Shown piece by piece: positions 1 to 8,292 of a stretch of 37,133 nt of DNA. The notes under the pieces are model-generated. The model worked only from the letters and a program-made list of their open reading frames with translations. It was not told where the DNA came from and did no database searches. Position numbers and translations under genes: made by a program. This DNA comes from a virus: positions 1-37,133 of IMG/VR virus record IMGVR_UViG_3300045988_104136, one strand, 5' to 3'. The stretch's first letter is position 1, and every line of letters begins with the position of its first letter.

Positions 1-55
1 ATTGTTCCTCTTCCTAAACACTTTATCCAAACAGCACCATCTATCTTTGGTAAAT
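1..55. repeat. 55-bp exact direct repeat of the two window ends (1..55 = 37079..37133). This is a circular-contig overlap; unique genome length is about 37,078 bp
   Basis: Both ends read attgttcctcttcctaaacactttatccaaacagcaccatctatctttggtaaat. The repeat lies inside a minus-strand ORF that is complete only when the ends are joined. Confidence 0.95.
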
Positions 56-341
56 TTTCTTGTTTGTTTTGTTCATATATCCAATCTGTAAAATCATCAC
101 AAAATTTTGAGTTTTTAATATTTTCTAAAGCACTAAAACTAGCTTGTATAGAAAAATCAAATTGTATTTGTAGTCTCCTTCCACCGTCCGCATAATTTTG
201 CAATACTGGGTTTACTGGTGTTTCATCTATAGAATAACTTTGTGGTTTGTCCTTTATATAATCTACATTTACTTTTCCATTTTTTAATAATGGACAAGTT
301 TCTATAAACTCTTTTATTAATTCCATTTTTGATTTTTCCAT
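1..341 (-). CDS. Neck / tail-completion protein (Minor_capsid_3-like), N-terminal part. The ORF continues across the junction into 37009..37078 (136 aa when joined)
   Basis: ATG at 339..341 lies 5 nt after AGGAGG. The joined product is MEKSKMELIKEF...VIPIQVAYEEDY. The gene sits between the neck genes and the major tail protein. Confidence 0.7.
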   Translation of the reverse strand, partial: MEKSKMELIKEFIETCPLLKNGKVNVDYIKDKPQSYSIDETPVNPVLQNYADGGRRLQIQFDFSIQASFSALENIKNSKFCDDFTDWIYEQNKQENLPKIDGAVWIKCLGRGT

Positions 342-342
342 T

Positions 343-789
343 TTAGCCTCCTGTTTTTATATAGTTTTCTACATCTTTAACTAAATCGCTTTTTCTTCTT
401 TGTAACATTAACTTATCCCATTTTGGGCCAGTTCCAGAAGTATGATATGTTAGATTTTTAGATGTTGCTATCTTTATTTCTCCTCTTGGAGACCACCATC
501 TTCCACTTTTTAATGGTATTCCAGACACCCCTAATTTTGGACTTATATACATTTTTCCATAGTACTGATATTTTGCATATGGGCTAGTATACTTAATAGA
601 ATGATTATTAGGATAAGTTTTATTTCTTCTAAGCATTCCGTTGTCCATTGGTATAAAAGGGTTCATAAATCTTTCTGCTGTTGTTAGCAAATATTGTTGC
701 ACTCTACCATCTTCATTAAGTCCATAATCTTTTAGTATTTTACTAACACTATTTATTTTTACTTTTACTTTAAATCCACTACTATCCAT
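343..789 (-). CDS. Neck / minor capsid protein (Minor_capsid_2-like head-tail joining protein)
   Basis: 148-aa ORF, stop/start coupled to its neighbours, in the neck block of an A118/Sfi11-type morphogenesis module. Family name is from recollection only. Confidence 0.6.
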   Translation of the reverse strand: MDSSGFKVKVKINSVSKILKDYGLNEDGRVQQYLLTTAERFMNPFIPMDNGMLRRNKTYPNNHSIKYTSPYAKYQYYGKMYISPKLGVSGIPLKSGRWWSPRGEIKIATSKNLTYHTSGTGPKWDKLMLQRRKSDLVKDVENYIKTGG

Positions 790-1124
790 TATTCGGACAC
801 TCCTATTTTGTAATGCTGCAAATTGCCCTTCCTATTATCGTCTACACTTACTACTTTAAAGACCTGATATTTTTCTTGTAGTTTAGATAATTCAAATTCA
901 TCCCCTACAATTCCTTCTACTACATAATCATTAGTAGAAATATTAAGCTTTTCTGTAGTAGGTATTGTGATAGAGCCTGTACTTCCTTCTTGGAGTCCTT
1001 TATCAACTAGGTTAGTCTTTTTATTATGTCTAAAATAAACCTTGTCAAAATGGATTTTCGTAAAAATTTCATCGTCTTCTGTATGGTAGACTGTTATTTT
1101 ATGTATAAAAAATCTATTATTCAT
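789..1124 (-). CDS. Neck / minor capsid protein (Minor_capsid_1-like)
   Basis: ORF track starts at GTG 1133. ATG at 1122..1124 follows GGGGTG and the upstream stop, so it is the preferred start. Call rests on position in the neck block. Confidence 0.55.
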   Translation of the reverse strand: MNNRFFIHKITVYHTEDDEIFTKIHFDKVYFRHNKKTNLVDKGLQEGSTGSITIPTTEKLNISTNDYVVEGIVGDEFELSKLQEKYQVFKVVSVDDNRKGNLQHYKIGVSE

Positions 1125-1126
1125 AA

Positions 1127-1510
1127 CTAGCACCCCATTCCACTATATAGTAATGGATTTCCATCTGTTCCAATTACATTCCATAATTGTTCTTGTAGCA
1201 CAGTGTATTTTTTGTTTGAATAGTCTTGTTTTATTTCATCAGATGTCATATAGCTTTCAGACCATCCCTCAATATTTTGTGATTTAAGATTTCCTATCTT
1301 GGATAATTTGTCATTTTCTTCGTTGATTAAATCAATAATCAAGCAAGTAGCATATTGCACTTCTTCTGGAACGTTATCTTTATCAACTCTCCCACGAGTA
1401 TTAAAGTTAATATAACTACTTGCTTTAATCACTAAATTATTAAAATTGTCAGGTATGCTTTCTTTACCTAACAATTTCTTATATTCATCTTCTGTTATGT
1501 ATTTAAGCAT
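1127..1510 (-). CDS. Head-tail connector (gp6-like / DNA-packaging head-completion protein)
   Basis: 127 aa, first gene after the capsid block, with an MLKYITEDEYKKLLG-type N-terminus typical of connector proteins. Confidence 0.6.
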   Translation of the reverse strand: MLKYITEDEYKKLLGKESIPDNFNNLVIKASSYINFNTRGRVDKDNVPEEVQYATCLIIDLINEENDKLSKIGNLKSQNIEGWSESYMTSDEIKQDYSNKKYTVLQEQLWNVIGTDGNPLLYSGMGC

Positions 1511-1521
1511 ACCTTGTCCTC

Positions 1522-1824
1522 CTACTCTGCAAATATTGCATTTGCAAAATTTAATTTTACGACACTTTTCTTATCTACTATAACTTCCCAAGTGTCTGTT
1601 TTTTCTGTTCTAAAAATTATATCTTTATCGAATGGTATATCTTTCTTTGTTTCTGTTCCATTCTTCTTAAATGTCATCTTAGAACCTGTTACAGTTAAGC
1701 TGAATGGGAAATAATGTCCACTTTGTTCTTCTTCTACTGAGCTAAAATCTGTAAATCCTTCTACTTTTTTCAAAGTAGCTTGTACATTCCCGCTTTCATC
1801 TACTGTTGCACCAGGTTCTATCAT
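1522..1824 (-). CDS. Beta-rich 100-codon ORF, probably expressed as a +1-frame C-terminal extension of the major capsid protein rather than independently
   Basis: No Shine-Dalgarno before ATG 1822..1824 (upstream reads AATAAAAAAATATCTGAT). The same frame stays open upstream to 1905, inside the A9 run at the capsid stop. Confidence 0.5.
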   Translation of the reverse strand: MIEPGATVDESGNVQATLKKVEGFTDFSSVEEEQSGHYFPFSLTVTGSKMTFKKNGTETKKDIPFDKDIIFRTEKTDTWEVIVDKKSVVKLNFANAIFAE

Positions 1825-1894
1825 ATCAGATATTTTTTTATTTAGCCAATTTGAATCTTGACTTGGTATTGTTACCTTTTTATTAAGCGCTACA

Positions 1895-3055
1895 CTACTT
1901 TTTTTTTAAGTTAATAACAACGTTTTCTGTTTTCGCACTATCTTCAACTTCAACAGCACCAATAACATCTCTTTTCATATCTTCTGCAGTAACTCTATAT
2001 AATCCTGTAGAATTTTTATTTGCTTTGAATACAGCATTACCACTTGCATTAGTTGTCTTTATTTGCCCATTAAAGTTAACTTTAGCTCCTTCTACATTTG
2101 CTGCTTCACCATCTTTAACATTAATTGTTATATCTACTCTACCTTCAGAATATGAACCAGGTAATATAACAGCAAATGGAAATCTTACTGATTCATCTGG
2201 TTGTAATGAATTTATTGGATTTGGTATTTCCCAACCAAGTCTCATTGTTACTCTTAAGGCAACCATATCATCTTGTGCCAAGTTATATAAAATTTCTCCT
2301 GTTGCTGGATCTTGAATTACAGCTTGATCTAATACTTTAAAAGTAATGTCTTGTCTAATTGCATAAACTGCTTGTGAGAAATCCCCTACAATCATTTGTG
2401 CTAATGATTTATCCCAAGCTCCATTATCAACATATGCTTTATTTAATCCATCAATTTCTGTTCCTTTAATTGGTTGTCCGTTGTTATCTAACATTGTTCT
2501 AAATGCAGATTTTACATTCATACCACCAACTATACTATTTGGATTATATCCACTTTCTTCTACATATGACATAGCTTTATCTATAGAAAGATATAATGTA
2601 TCTAAAGGTGTTACAGATGCTCCTGCATTTAATGTAGATGTTAATATATCAGCTCTAAATCCTGTTGGCTTATCTACCCCTGTAAATACAGCTTGATCAA
2701 ATTTTTTTCCCATAGCCTCTTCTACTCTTGGTCTTACTTCTCCCCAAATATCATAATCGGCATCATCTAATACATTCTCTGGAATAGGTACTATAACAGC
2801 CATTTCTTCAGCTGTAATATACTTTTTATCCCAAGCCATCTTTGTTAATTGTTTTCTAGCATTATCGCTTCCTTGCCAATACACTAGTGGTAGTGCATCT
2901 AACACTCTCATTTTTGTTTTATTAGAAGTCATATTAGGTAGTCTTCTAAACATTTGCATTGCTCTTGATTGTTTTATAGCACCTTGTATAATTTCTTGAG
3001 CTACTTGTTCATCAATCAATGTTTCTGCATTACTTCTTGATATCATTTGTCCCAT
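1895..3055 (-). CDS. Major capsid protein (HK97 fold) with a C-terminal CarboxypepD_reg/prealbumin-like display domain
   Basis: 386 aa downstream of the scaffold gene. Typical MCP core (…AEEMAVIVPIPENVLDDADYDIW…). C-terminus reads GRVDITINVKDGEAANVEGAKVNFNGQIKTTNASGNAVFKANKNSTGLYRVTAE. Confidence 0.9.
   Translation of the reverse strand: MGQMISRSNAETLIDEQVAQEIIQGAIKQSRAMQMFRRLPNMTSNKTKMRVLDALPLVYWQGSDNARKQLTKMAWDKKYITAEEMAVIVPIPENVLDDADYDIWGEVRPRVEEAMGKKFDQAVFTGVDKPTGFRADILTSTLNAGASVTPLDTLYLSIDKAMSYVEESGYNPNSIVGGMNVKSAFRTMLDNNGQPIKGTEIDGLNKAYVDNGAWDKSLAQMIVGDFSQAVYAIRQDITFKVLDQAVIQDPATGEILYNLAQDDMVALRVTMRLGWEIPNPINSLQPDESVRFPFAVILPGSYSEGRVDITINVKDGEAANVEGAKVNFNGQIKTTNASGNAVFKANKNSTGLYRVTAEDMKRDVIGAVEVEDSAKTENVVINLKKK
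1898..1908 (-). other. Candidate recoding site: A9 run (minus strand AAC TTA AAA AAA AAG TAG) at the 3' end of the capsid gene
   Basis: T9 on plus at 1899..1907. The 0-frame stop is at 1895..1897 and the +1-frame upstream stop is at 1906..1908. The two frames therefore overlap open only within the homopolymer. Confidence 0.45.
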
Positions 3056-3077
3056 TATAAAATTCCTCCTTTAATAT

Positions 3078-3110
3078 AAAAAATAAAAAGATTAGTATAT
3101 TAACTAATCT
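3078..3110 (-). terminator. Weak terminator-like hairpin between the scaffold and capsid genes
   Basis: Minus RNA reads AGAUUAGU-UAAUAU-ACUAAUCU followed by UUUUAUUUUUUAU. The 8-bp stem is AT-rich and overlaps the scaffold stop. Confidence 0.4.
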
Positions 3111-3673
3111 CTTGCAGAACGTATTAAATCGTTCATAATTTTATTTGTTTCATTTTCGTTATTTAATTCTTTTCCATCTAGTTTTAAACTAGAACCCACT
3201 TTTCTTTTAACAACTGTAGTTTCTGAATTAAATTGTGGATTTTTTGCTTTATATGCTTTTAATGCAGTATCAAAATCAAGTGTATCACTTACTTGACCTA
3301 ATACTTCACTTGCAACAAATTTAGCAAATTCGGGTTTTATTCCTGCTTTAACTACTTTTGTTGTTGCATCTAACATAGAATATTTAGAGTTAAGCTCTTC
3401 ATATTTAGATTTATAGTCATCTCTCTCAGTTGTGATGTTCTTAAGCTTTGCATTAATTCCATCATCTCCTTGAATAGATGCTTCTAAATCCTCGTACTTT
3501 TTCTTGTAATCTAAATTTTTAGCTTTTTTTAAGTCATCATCATATTTACTTTTAGCAATATATCCTCCTGCAGAAAGATTAGCTAATTTCATTCCTTTTT
3601 CTTCAATAGCTTTCGAAAAATCATCATATGATAATGAATTTTCACCAAATAAATTTTTTAATTCTTCATCCAT
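3104..3673 (-). CDS. Capsid scaffolding protein (DUF4355-like)
   Basis: 189 aa, charged and coiled-coil, N-terminus MDEELKNLFGENSLSYDDFSKAIEEKGMKLANLS, immediately upstream of the capsid gene. Confidence 0.8.
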   Translation of the reverse strand: MDEELKNLFGENSLSYDDFSKAIEEKGMKLANLSAGGYIAKSKYDDDLKKAKNLDYKKKYEDLEASIQGDDGINAKLKNITTERDDYKSKYEELNSKYSMLDATTKVVKAGIKPEFAKFVASEVLGQVSDTLDFDTALKAYKAKNPQFNSETTVVKRKVGSSLKLDGKELNNENETNKIMNDLIRSARD

Positions 3674-3799
3674 ATTTTATTCCTTTCTACGCTGATTTTT
3701 TTAAATGATAGTTCACTCTATCAACTGCGTGCTTGCATTTATATCTCGACAAGCTAGAGTTATTTTTGGTTTCTTTAAAGCTCTAACCATAAAAAGAAT

Positions 3800-3873
3800 T
3801 GGCGCAAACTAATGGATTCGAACCAATACAAACAGTTTTGGAAACTGTTGTGCTACCATTACACTAAATTTGC
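3800..3873 (-). tRNA. tRNA-Trp (anticodon CCA), 74 nt with encoded CCA end
   Basis: Hand-folded sequence: GCAAATT TA GTGT AATGGTA GCAC A ACAGT TTCCAAA ACTGT TTGT ATTGG TTCGAAT CCATT AGTTTGC G CCA. There is one U-U mismatch in the T stem and one G-U in the acceptor stem. Confidence 0.75.
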
Positions 3874-3901
3874 ATAAAAATAAGAGCTATTTCTAGCTCT
3901 T
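3874..3901 (-). terminator. Intrinsic terminator-like hairpin just upstream (in transcription) of the tRNA
   Basis: Minus RNA reads AAGAGCUA-GAAA-UAGCUCUU followed by AUUUUUAU. Perfect 8-bp stem with a GNRA loop. Confidence 0.6.
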
Positions 3902-3924
3902 TATTAAAAACATATTTTTTACCG

Positions 3925-4149
3925 TTAAATTTCTTTTTCAAATTCTAGTATTTTGTCTTGTATACTTTCATATTCTATTGCTTTTTCTGTCATATCTCCA
4001 CTCTCATTTAAATTCTCTTGTATTACGCTATCTAATCTTTCTATAATATCTCCTGTTTCATCTATTGTATAATTACCATCTTTTATTTTTATTCCTACCT
4101 TATTTAATAACTCTATCTCTTCTTGTTTTAATCTATTCTTCAATTCCAT
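3925..4149 (-). CDS. Small acidic protein; candidate immunity partner of the MuF C-terminal domain
   Basis: 74 aa, Glu/Asp-rich. Its start overlaps the last 17 nt of the MuF gene, which suggests translational coupling. Confidence 0.6.
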   Translation of the reverse strand: MELKNRLKQEEIELLNKVGIKIKDGNYTIDETGDIIERLDSVIQENLNESGDMTEKAIEYESIQDKILEFEKEI

Positions 4150-5620
4150 ATTTTTTCTTTTCCCTTCTACTTGTCTGTCTTACTGTTGCTAGTTTTCCTG
4201 TTTCTGGATTAACTGCTATTGTTATATTTTTTCCATGCACATAAAAACTCTTTCTACCTTTTGAATCTTCTTTAATTGTACCATATCCTATTGGATTTTT
4301 CAATGTGTCTTGTACATCTTCAAATGTTACATTTCTAGCATAAGTCCTTGATATTATATGTTCTCCAATTTCTGTTATTTTTACTCCATTTACTTTACTT
4401 CCTATAATATCACTATTATTATACTTGTTAGCTATTTTAGTTACATTAGCTATTTGTGTACTAATATTTTTATCCTGATTTCCCATGTATAATCTACTAT
4501 TATCTTTAACTAATGATGTTTGTTTTATAAAATCATCTAACTCATTTTGATGTGTTTTATAAATTAATGAACGTTTTGCAAAATTAGTTTTTGTTTCTAA
4601 AATAAGTTTATTATCATTCATATTAGATTTCAGAATGCCTTGTAATCCTGCTAATTGTTTTTTATCATTTCTAATTTGTCTTTCCATTCTTCTTTGTATT
4701 TGTGTTGCTTCATATTTGCTTATCTTTTTTCCATTATATTCTACTTTTTCATTTTTCCAAGCATTTAATTGTTCTTGTGAATATGTCCTAGCAGAGCCTT
4801 CTAAATATGGATGCCAATCATGTCTGCAATTTACTCCTTTAAACCCTGTTACTTCTCCATAACCAATATCTCGCAAACTTAAATATCCTTTTTTTCCACT
4901 TCTACTAACTATCTTTCCTTGCCATTTTGCATGTTCTGGTCGTGCTCCACTGTGTGCTGTAATCTCCATTAAATCCCAACCTAATTCATCAGCTCTTGCT
5001 TCTTGTATCTTTCCACAATTTTGATTTATAGCTGTTACTATATTTGTTCTAACTGCACTTTCTATACTTCTTTTAGCACCAGATGGATATTGTATTATTG
5101 CCCCTTGTTTACTTATACTTTTTATTTCATCTAATATTGCTTGTGTATAGCTTTTAACACCTGTACTTGTATACATATAAGCATTATTTATAGCATTATA
5201 GAACTGAGTCTGTGCTGTATTTGCTGTTGTCATACATAAATTTTGCAAATTACCTGATGTTCTTTGTATAGTTGCATTCATTGTTTGTTTTATACTTTCA
5301 CTTTGCGCTAAAGGTGTAGGATCTAATCCTGCTTCTTTATATATTTCGTCATCATAACTTAATGATATTTCGGATGCTTCTGTAAATATTCTGTTTACTT
5401 CTTCATAACTTGTATTATTATATTCTGCTACTAGTTCTACTATATCCTGATATAAAATGCCCATTTCTTGAGCAATTTTTATATCATTTATAACTACGGT
5501 ATTCGCATATCCAAAATTAGCTATTCTTGTTGCTATTTCTTCTATTATTTGTAATTCTAAATTACTATAAATAGAATTAGCTTGTTTTTCTATATTAATA
5601 AAATCTTTTTCTGTTAGCAT
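4133..5620 (-). CDS. Minor head protein, SPP1 gp7 / Mu F family, with an extra ~110-aa toxin-like C-terminal domain
   Basis: MuF core motif is present (…SIESAVRTNIVTAINQ…ITAHSGARPEHAKWQGKIVS…NCRHDWHPY). The C-terminus reads ITEIGEHIISRTYARNVTFEDVQDTLKNPIGYGTIKEDSKGRKSFYVHGKNITIAVNPETGKLATV. Confidence 0.85.
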   Translation of the reverse strand: MLTEKDFINIEKQANSIYSNLELQIIEEIATRIANFGYANTVVINDIKIAQEMGILYQDIVELVAEYNNTSYEEVNRIFTEASEISLSYDDEIYKEAGLDPTPLAQSESIKQTMNATIQRTSGNLQNLCMTTANTAQTQFYNAINNAYMYTSTGVKSYTQAILDEIKSISKQGAIIQYPSGAKRSIESAVRTNIVTAINQNCGKIQEARADELGWDLMEITAHSGARPEHAKWQGKIVSRSGKKGYLSLRDIGYGEVTGFKGVNCRHDWHPYLEGSARTYSQEQLNAWKNEKVEYNGKKISKYEATQIQRRMERQIRNDKKQLAGLQGILKSNMNDNKLILETKTNFAKRSLIYKTHQNELDDFIKQTSLVKDNSRLYMGNQDKNISTQIANVTKIANKYNNSDIIGSKVNGVKITEIGEHIISRTYARNVTFEDVQDTLKNPIGYGTIKEDSKGRKSFYVHGKNITIAVNPETGKLATVRQTSRREKKKYGIEE

Positions 5621-7065
5621 TACTCTTCTTCCTCTGCATTGTTAGGAGTAAATCCAAAAGCCTCTTGATTACTCATTTTTTCTTGCTGTATTTTTTCTAA
5701 TTCTTCTTTTACTTGTTGCTCATTTAAGTTTCTATAATTAATCATATAAGATTCTTTGCTTCTTAAGTTTTGAGACACTTCTTGCATTGCCCTTACTTTT
5801 TCTGCTCCTCTATCTTCTATTATGCTATCATCAAAATCTATTGTTACAACACTCGCATCTATACTGACATTTCCAAAAACAGTAGAAGCATAAGCAATTG
5901 CTTTTATAATAGTAATTAAACTATCTTCTAACATTTGCTCATGCTTCTTTATTGTTCTGAACATATCTGAATTTTCGGATATAACCCCTGTGGCTGTTTG
6001 TATTGCTTGTCCATCAAATTTGTATCTTTCTTGTCCAAATCCAACCTTACTTGATAATATGTTTAATTGATAATTTACTGTACTAATAAATTGATCTGAT
6101 CTTAAATTTGCATCATCATGTTCTATCATTTGGTCTTTCTTAAAACCTTGTGGCATACGATATACGGATATATCATTTGGGTCAAATACCATTTTGCCTT
6201 CGCCATCATCATATGATAACATTTCACTTGATACAAAAATTCTTCTTCTTCCTATTGTAGTCTCGTTATCTAATCCATCATATGCATTATCTAAACACTT
6301 TAATGTATCTATTGCATTAGCATAAACAGATAAACCGAATGGCGTTTCGCTATCTATATTGTTACAAATATTTGGTTTAATAATAGAAAACCATGGAATA
6401 TCACTCTGTGTATCAAATTCTTCTAAAAATCCTTCTTTTTCTTTTTCATTTGCTTCTACAAAAGAACTATATTTACCTTTAAACATATAGTTCTTTATTA
6501 CATAATTTCCTTTATCATTAAAAACATGCATTGCTATATAAATATATGTTTGTCCTTTTTTATGTTTGGTTGTAACAAAAGCACATTCTGTTATCTTTCC
6601 ATTTTCCCATGTTAAAGGTATTATTTTTTTACATTCTACAAATTCTAATTTTATTTTTGCATTTGTTACATCTAATATATTCTCTTCTTGTTCTATGTCC
6701 TGTACTGAAACTACTAATGCTCCTGTACCAATAGCAAATGATTTTTCTAAACCTTGATTTATAATTACTTCTGCGTTGTTTTGTTGTAATATTTCATTTA
6801 ATGCTTTTGTATCTTCATCTTTTTGCAAATTAATAGATACTTTTTCATTAAATAATAAATCTGCCCAATCTTCTGCGACTTTTTTAGCTCCTTGCATAGA
6901 CTTCTTTTCCATTTTTACTTTTCTTTGACCATTATAAATATAGTAATTATGGAATCTTCGTACTTTGCCTCTATACCAACTTGACCAAATATCTATATAT
7001 TTTTCCCAATTTAACTTTTCTGATATGTCATATCCTTCATTACTAAAAAATTGTTGTAAGTTCAT
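5620..7065 (-). CDS. Portal protein (SPP1 gp6-like)
   Basis: 481 aa between TerL and MuF, stop/start coupled, with the acidic C-terminal tail typical of portals. Confidence 0.9.
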   Translation of the reverse strand: MNLQQFFSNEGYDISEKLNWEKYIDIWSSWYRGKVRRFHNYYIYNGQRKVKMEKKSMQGAKKVAEDWADLLFNEKVSINLQKDEDTKALNEILQQNNAEVIINQGLEKSFAIGTGALVVSVQDIEQEENILDVTNAKIKLEFVECKKIIPLTWENGKITECAFVTTKHKKGQTYIYIAMHVFNDKGNYVIKNYMFKGKYSSFVEANEKEKEGFLEEFDTQSDIPWFSIIKPNICNNIDSETPFGLSVYANAIDTLKCLDNAYDGLDNETTIGRRRIFVSSEMLSYDDGEGKMVFDPNDISVYRMPQGFKKDQMIEHDDANLRSDQFISTVNYQLNILSSKVGFGQERYKFDGQAIQTATGVISENSDMFRTIKKHEQMLEDSLITIIKAIAYASTVFGNVSIDASVVTIDFDDSIIEDRGAEKVRAMQEVSQNLRSKESYMINYRNLNEQQVKEELEKIQQEKMSNQEAFGFTPNNAEEEE

Positions 7066-7068
7066 CTT

Positions 7069-8292
7069 TTATCTCCTACTATTAATTAAATTTTCATAAA
7101 AACTATTTATTGAATATTCAAATGCGTCCAAACTGTCTATGTCTGTTGTTCCATCGTCTAATCTTTCATCTGGTTTATTATCATTCCACAAAGCATCTTG
7201 AAAAGCTTTTGTTATTATCGTATTTTTTCTTAATATAAAGAATCTTCTTTGTGCCATTAATGTGCTACTTAAAAATATTCTGTCATTTATTAACCCTTTA
7301 CTACAATCTACTACTTGCACTGGTAATCTCTCCTTTTGACATCTTCTGATTAATCCTAAAGTTATTACATTCCCTAATGCTCCATAATCACAAAAAGCGT
7401 ACTGACATTTATCATATTTGTCGTACACTCTTTTATAAAACTCTATAAACTTTTCATATATTTGCTCTGGGTCATAAACTCCAGATAAATCCATTTCGTC
7501 TAAAACATAAACATTTCTAAAATTATATGTAATGCCACTTGCTACAAATTTTATTTTAGACTTTCCAGCACCATAGTCTACTCCTATTGTTACTATTGCT
7601 AGTTGCTCTTTTACATTATCTACTAAAAAGTCCTTTGTCTTATCAGCAAATAACATATATATTGTTCCTTCAGCAGCTTTCCAATCTCCTAATATATATC
7701 TATCAAAAAATACTGTTCCTCTATATTCTGTTTCTAACGCTTGTAAGACTTCTTTTGCTAAAAATGGATTGTCATATAAAGTATATTTTTGTTGATAAAT
7801 ATCCGCATCGCTATCTAAAAATTTCTTAAACCAATGTGAAGGTCCTTCTGGATTGCAGGTTCCGTCAAATTTACTGTATGGTTTGTCTAACCTAGATTTA
7901 AGCATTTGGAAAACGCCTTCATCCCAAGTCGCAACCTCATCTCCATAGCAATATTTAAAACTTGGCCCTCTTATTTTATTTATATGCTTTTTGTTGTCTG
8001 CTCCTAAACAGTAACATTTTTCTCCAAACAAATAAGCTGTATTATCAGCCTTTATTTCAGAAACTAATTCTGTTCCCCATATGTCTTGTAATGGCTCTAT
8101 TACATTTCTTTGCAAAGTTCCTTTAGTATTTCCTAATATTACAGTTAGTCCTGGTTTTCCTATTCCATTTCTTATTCTTTTAGGTATTACATAATAATCT
8201 AAATATGTTTTTCCACTTCTTGTAGCTCCATATTTTATATTCCATCTTCTGTTGGCATTGTCTAAAAATTCGCTTTGCTTTTCTGAAAACAT
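7069..8292 (-). CDS. terL: Terminase large subunit (PBSX-type, headful)
   Basis: 407 aa. Walker A-like YGATRSGKTY is present, along with the nuclease-half acidic residues, and the gene precedes the portal. Confidence 0.9.
   Translation of the reverse strand: MFSEKQSEFLDNANRRWNIKYGATRSGKTYLDYYVIPKRIRNGIGKPGLTVILGNTKGTLQRNVIEPLQDIWGTELVSEIKADNTAYLFGEKCYCLGADNKKHINKIRGPSFKYCYGDEVATWDEGVFQMLKSRLDKPYSKFDGTCNPEGPSHWFKKFLDSDADIYQQKYTLYDNPFLAKEVLQALETEYRGTVFFDRYILGDWKAAEGTIYMLFADKTKDFLVDNVKEQLAIVTIGVDYGAGKSKIKFVASGITYNFRNVYVLDEMDLSGVYDPEQIYEKFIEFYKRVYDKYDKCQYAFCDYGALGNVITLGLIRRCQKERLPVQVVDCSKGLINDRIFLSSTLMAQRRFFILRKNTIITKAFQDALWNDNKPDERLDDGTTDIDSLDAFEYSINSFYENLINSRR

Noticed and set aside
1-55. 55-bp terminal repeat as a biological direct terminal repeat or cos end
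   Set aside because: The repeat falls in the middle of a conserved neck gene. Its length equals a commonly used assembler k-mer, which makes assembly overlap of a circular molecule the more economical reading. It cannot be fully excluded without read-terminus analysis.
3800-3873. tRNA as a suppressor tRNA or as the integration (attP) target
   Set aside because: The anticodon loop reads UUCCAAA, so the anticodon is CCA (Trp), not UCA or CUA. The tRNA lies about 17.5 kb (shorter arc of the circle) from the integrase gene, inside the head operon, so it is not the att core.
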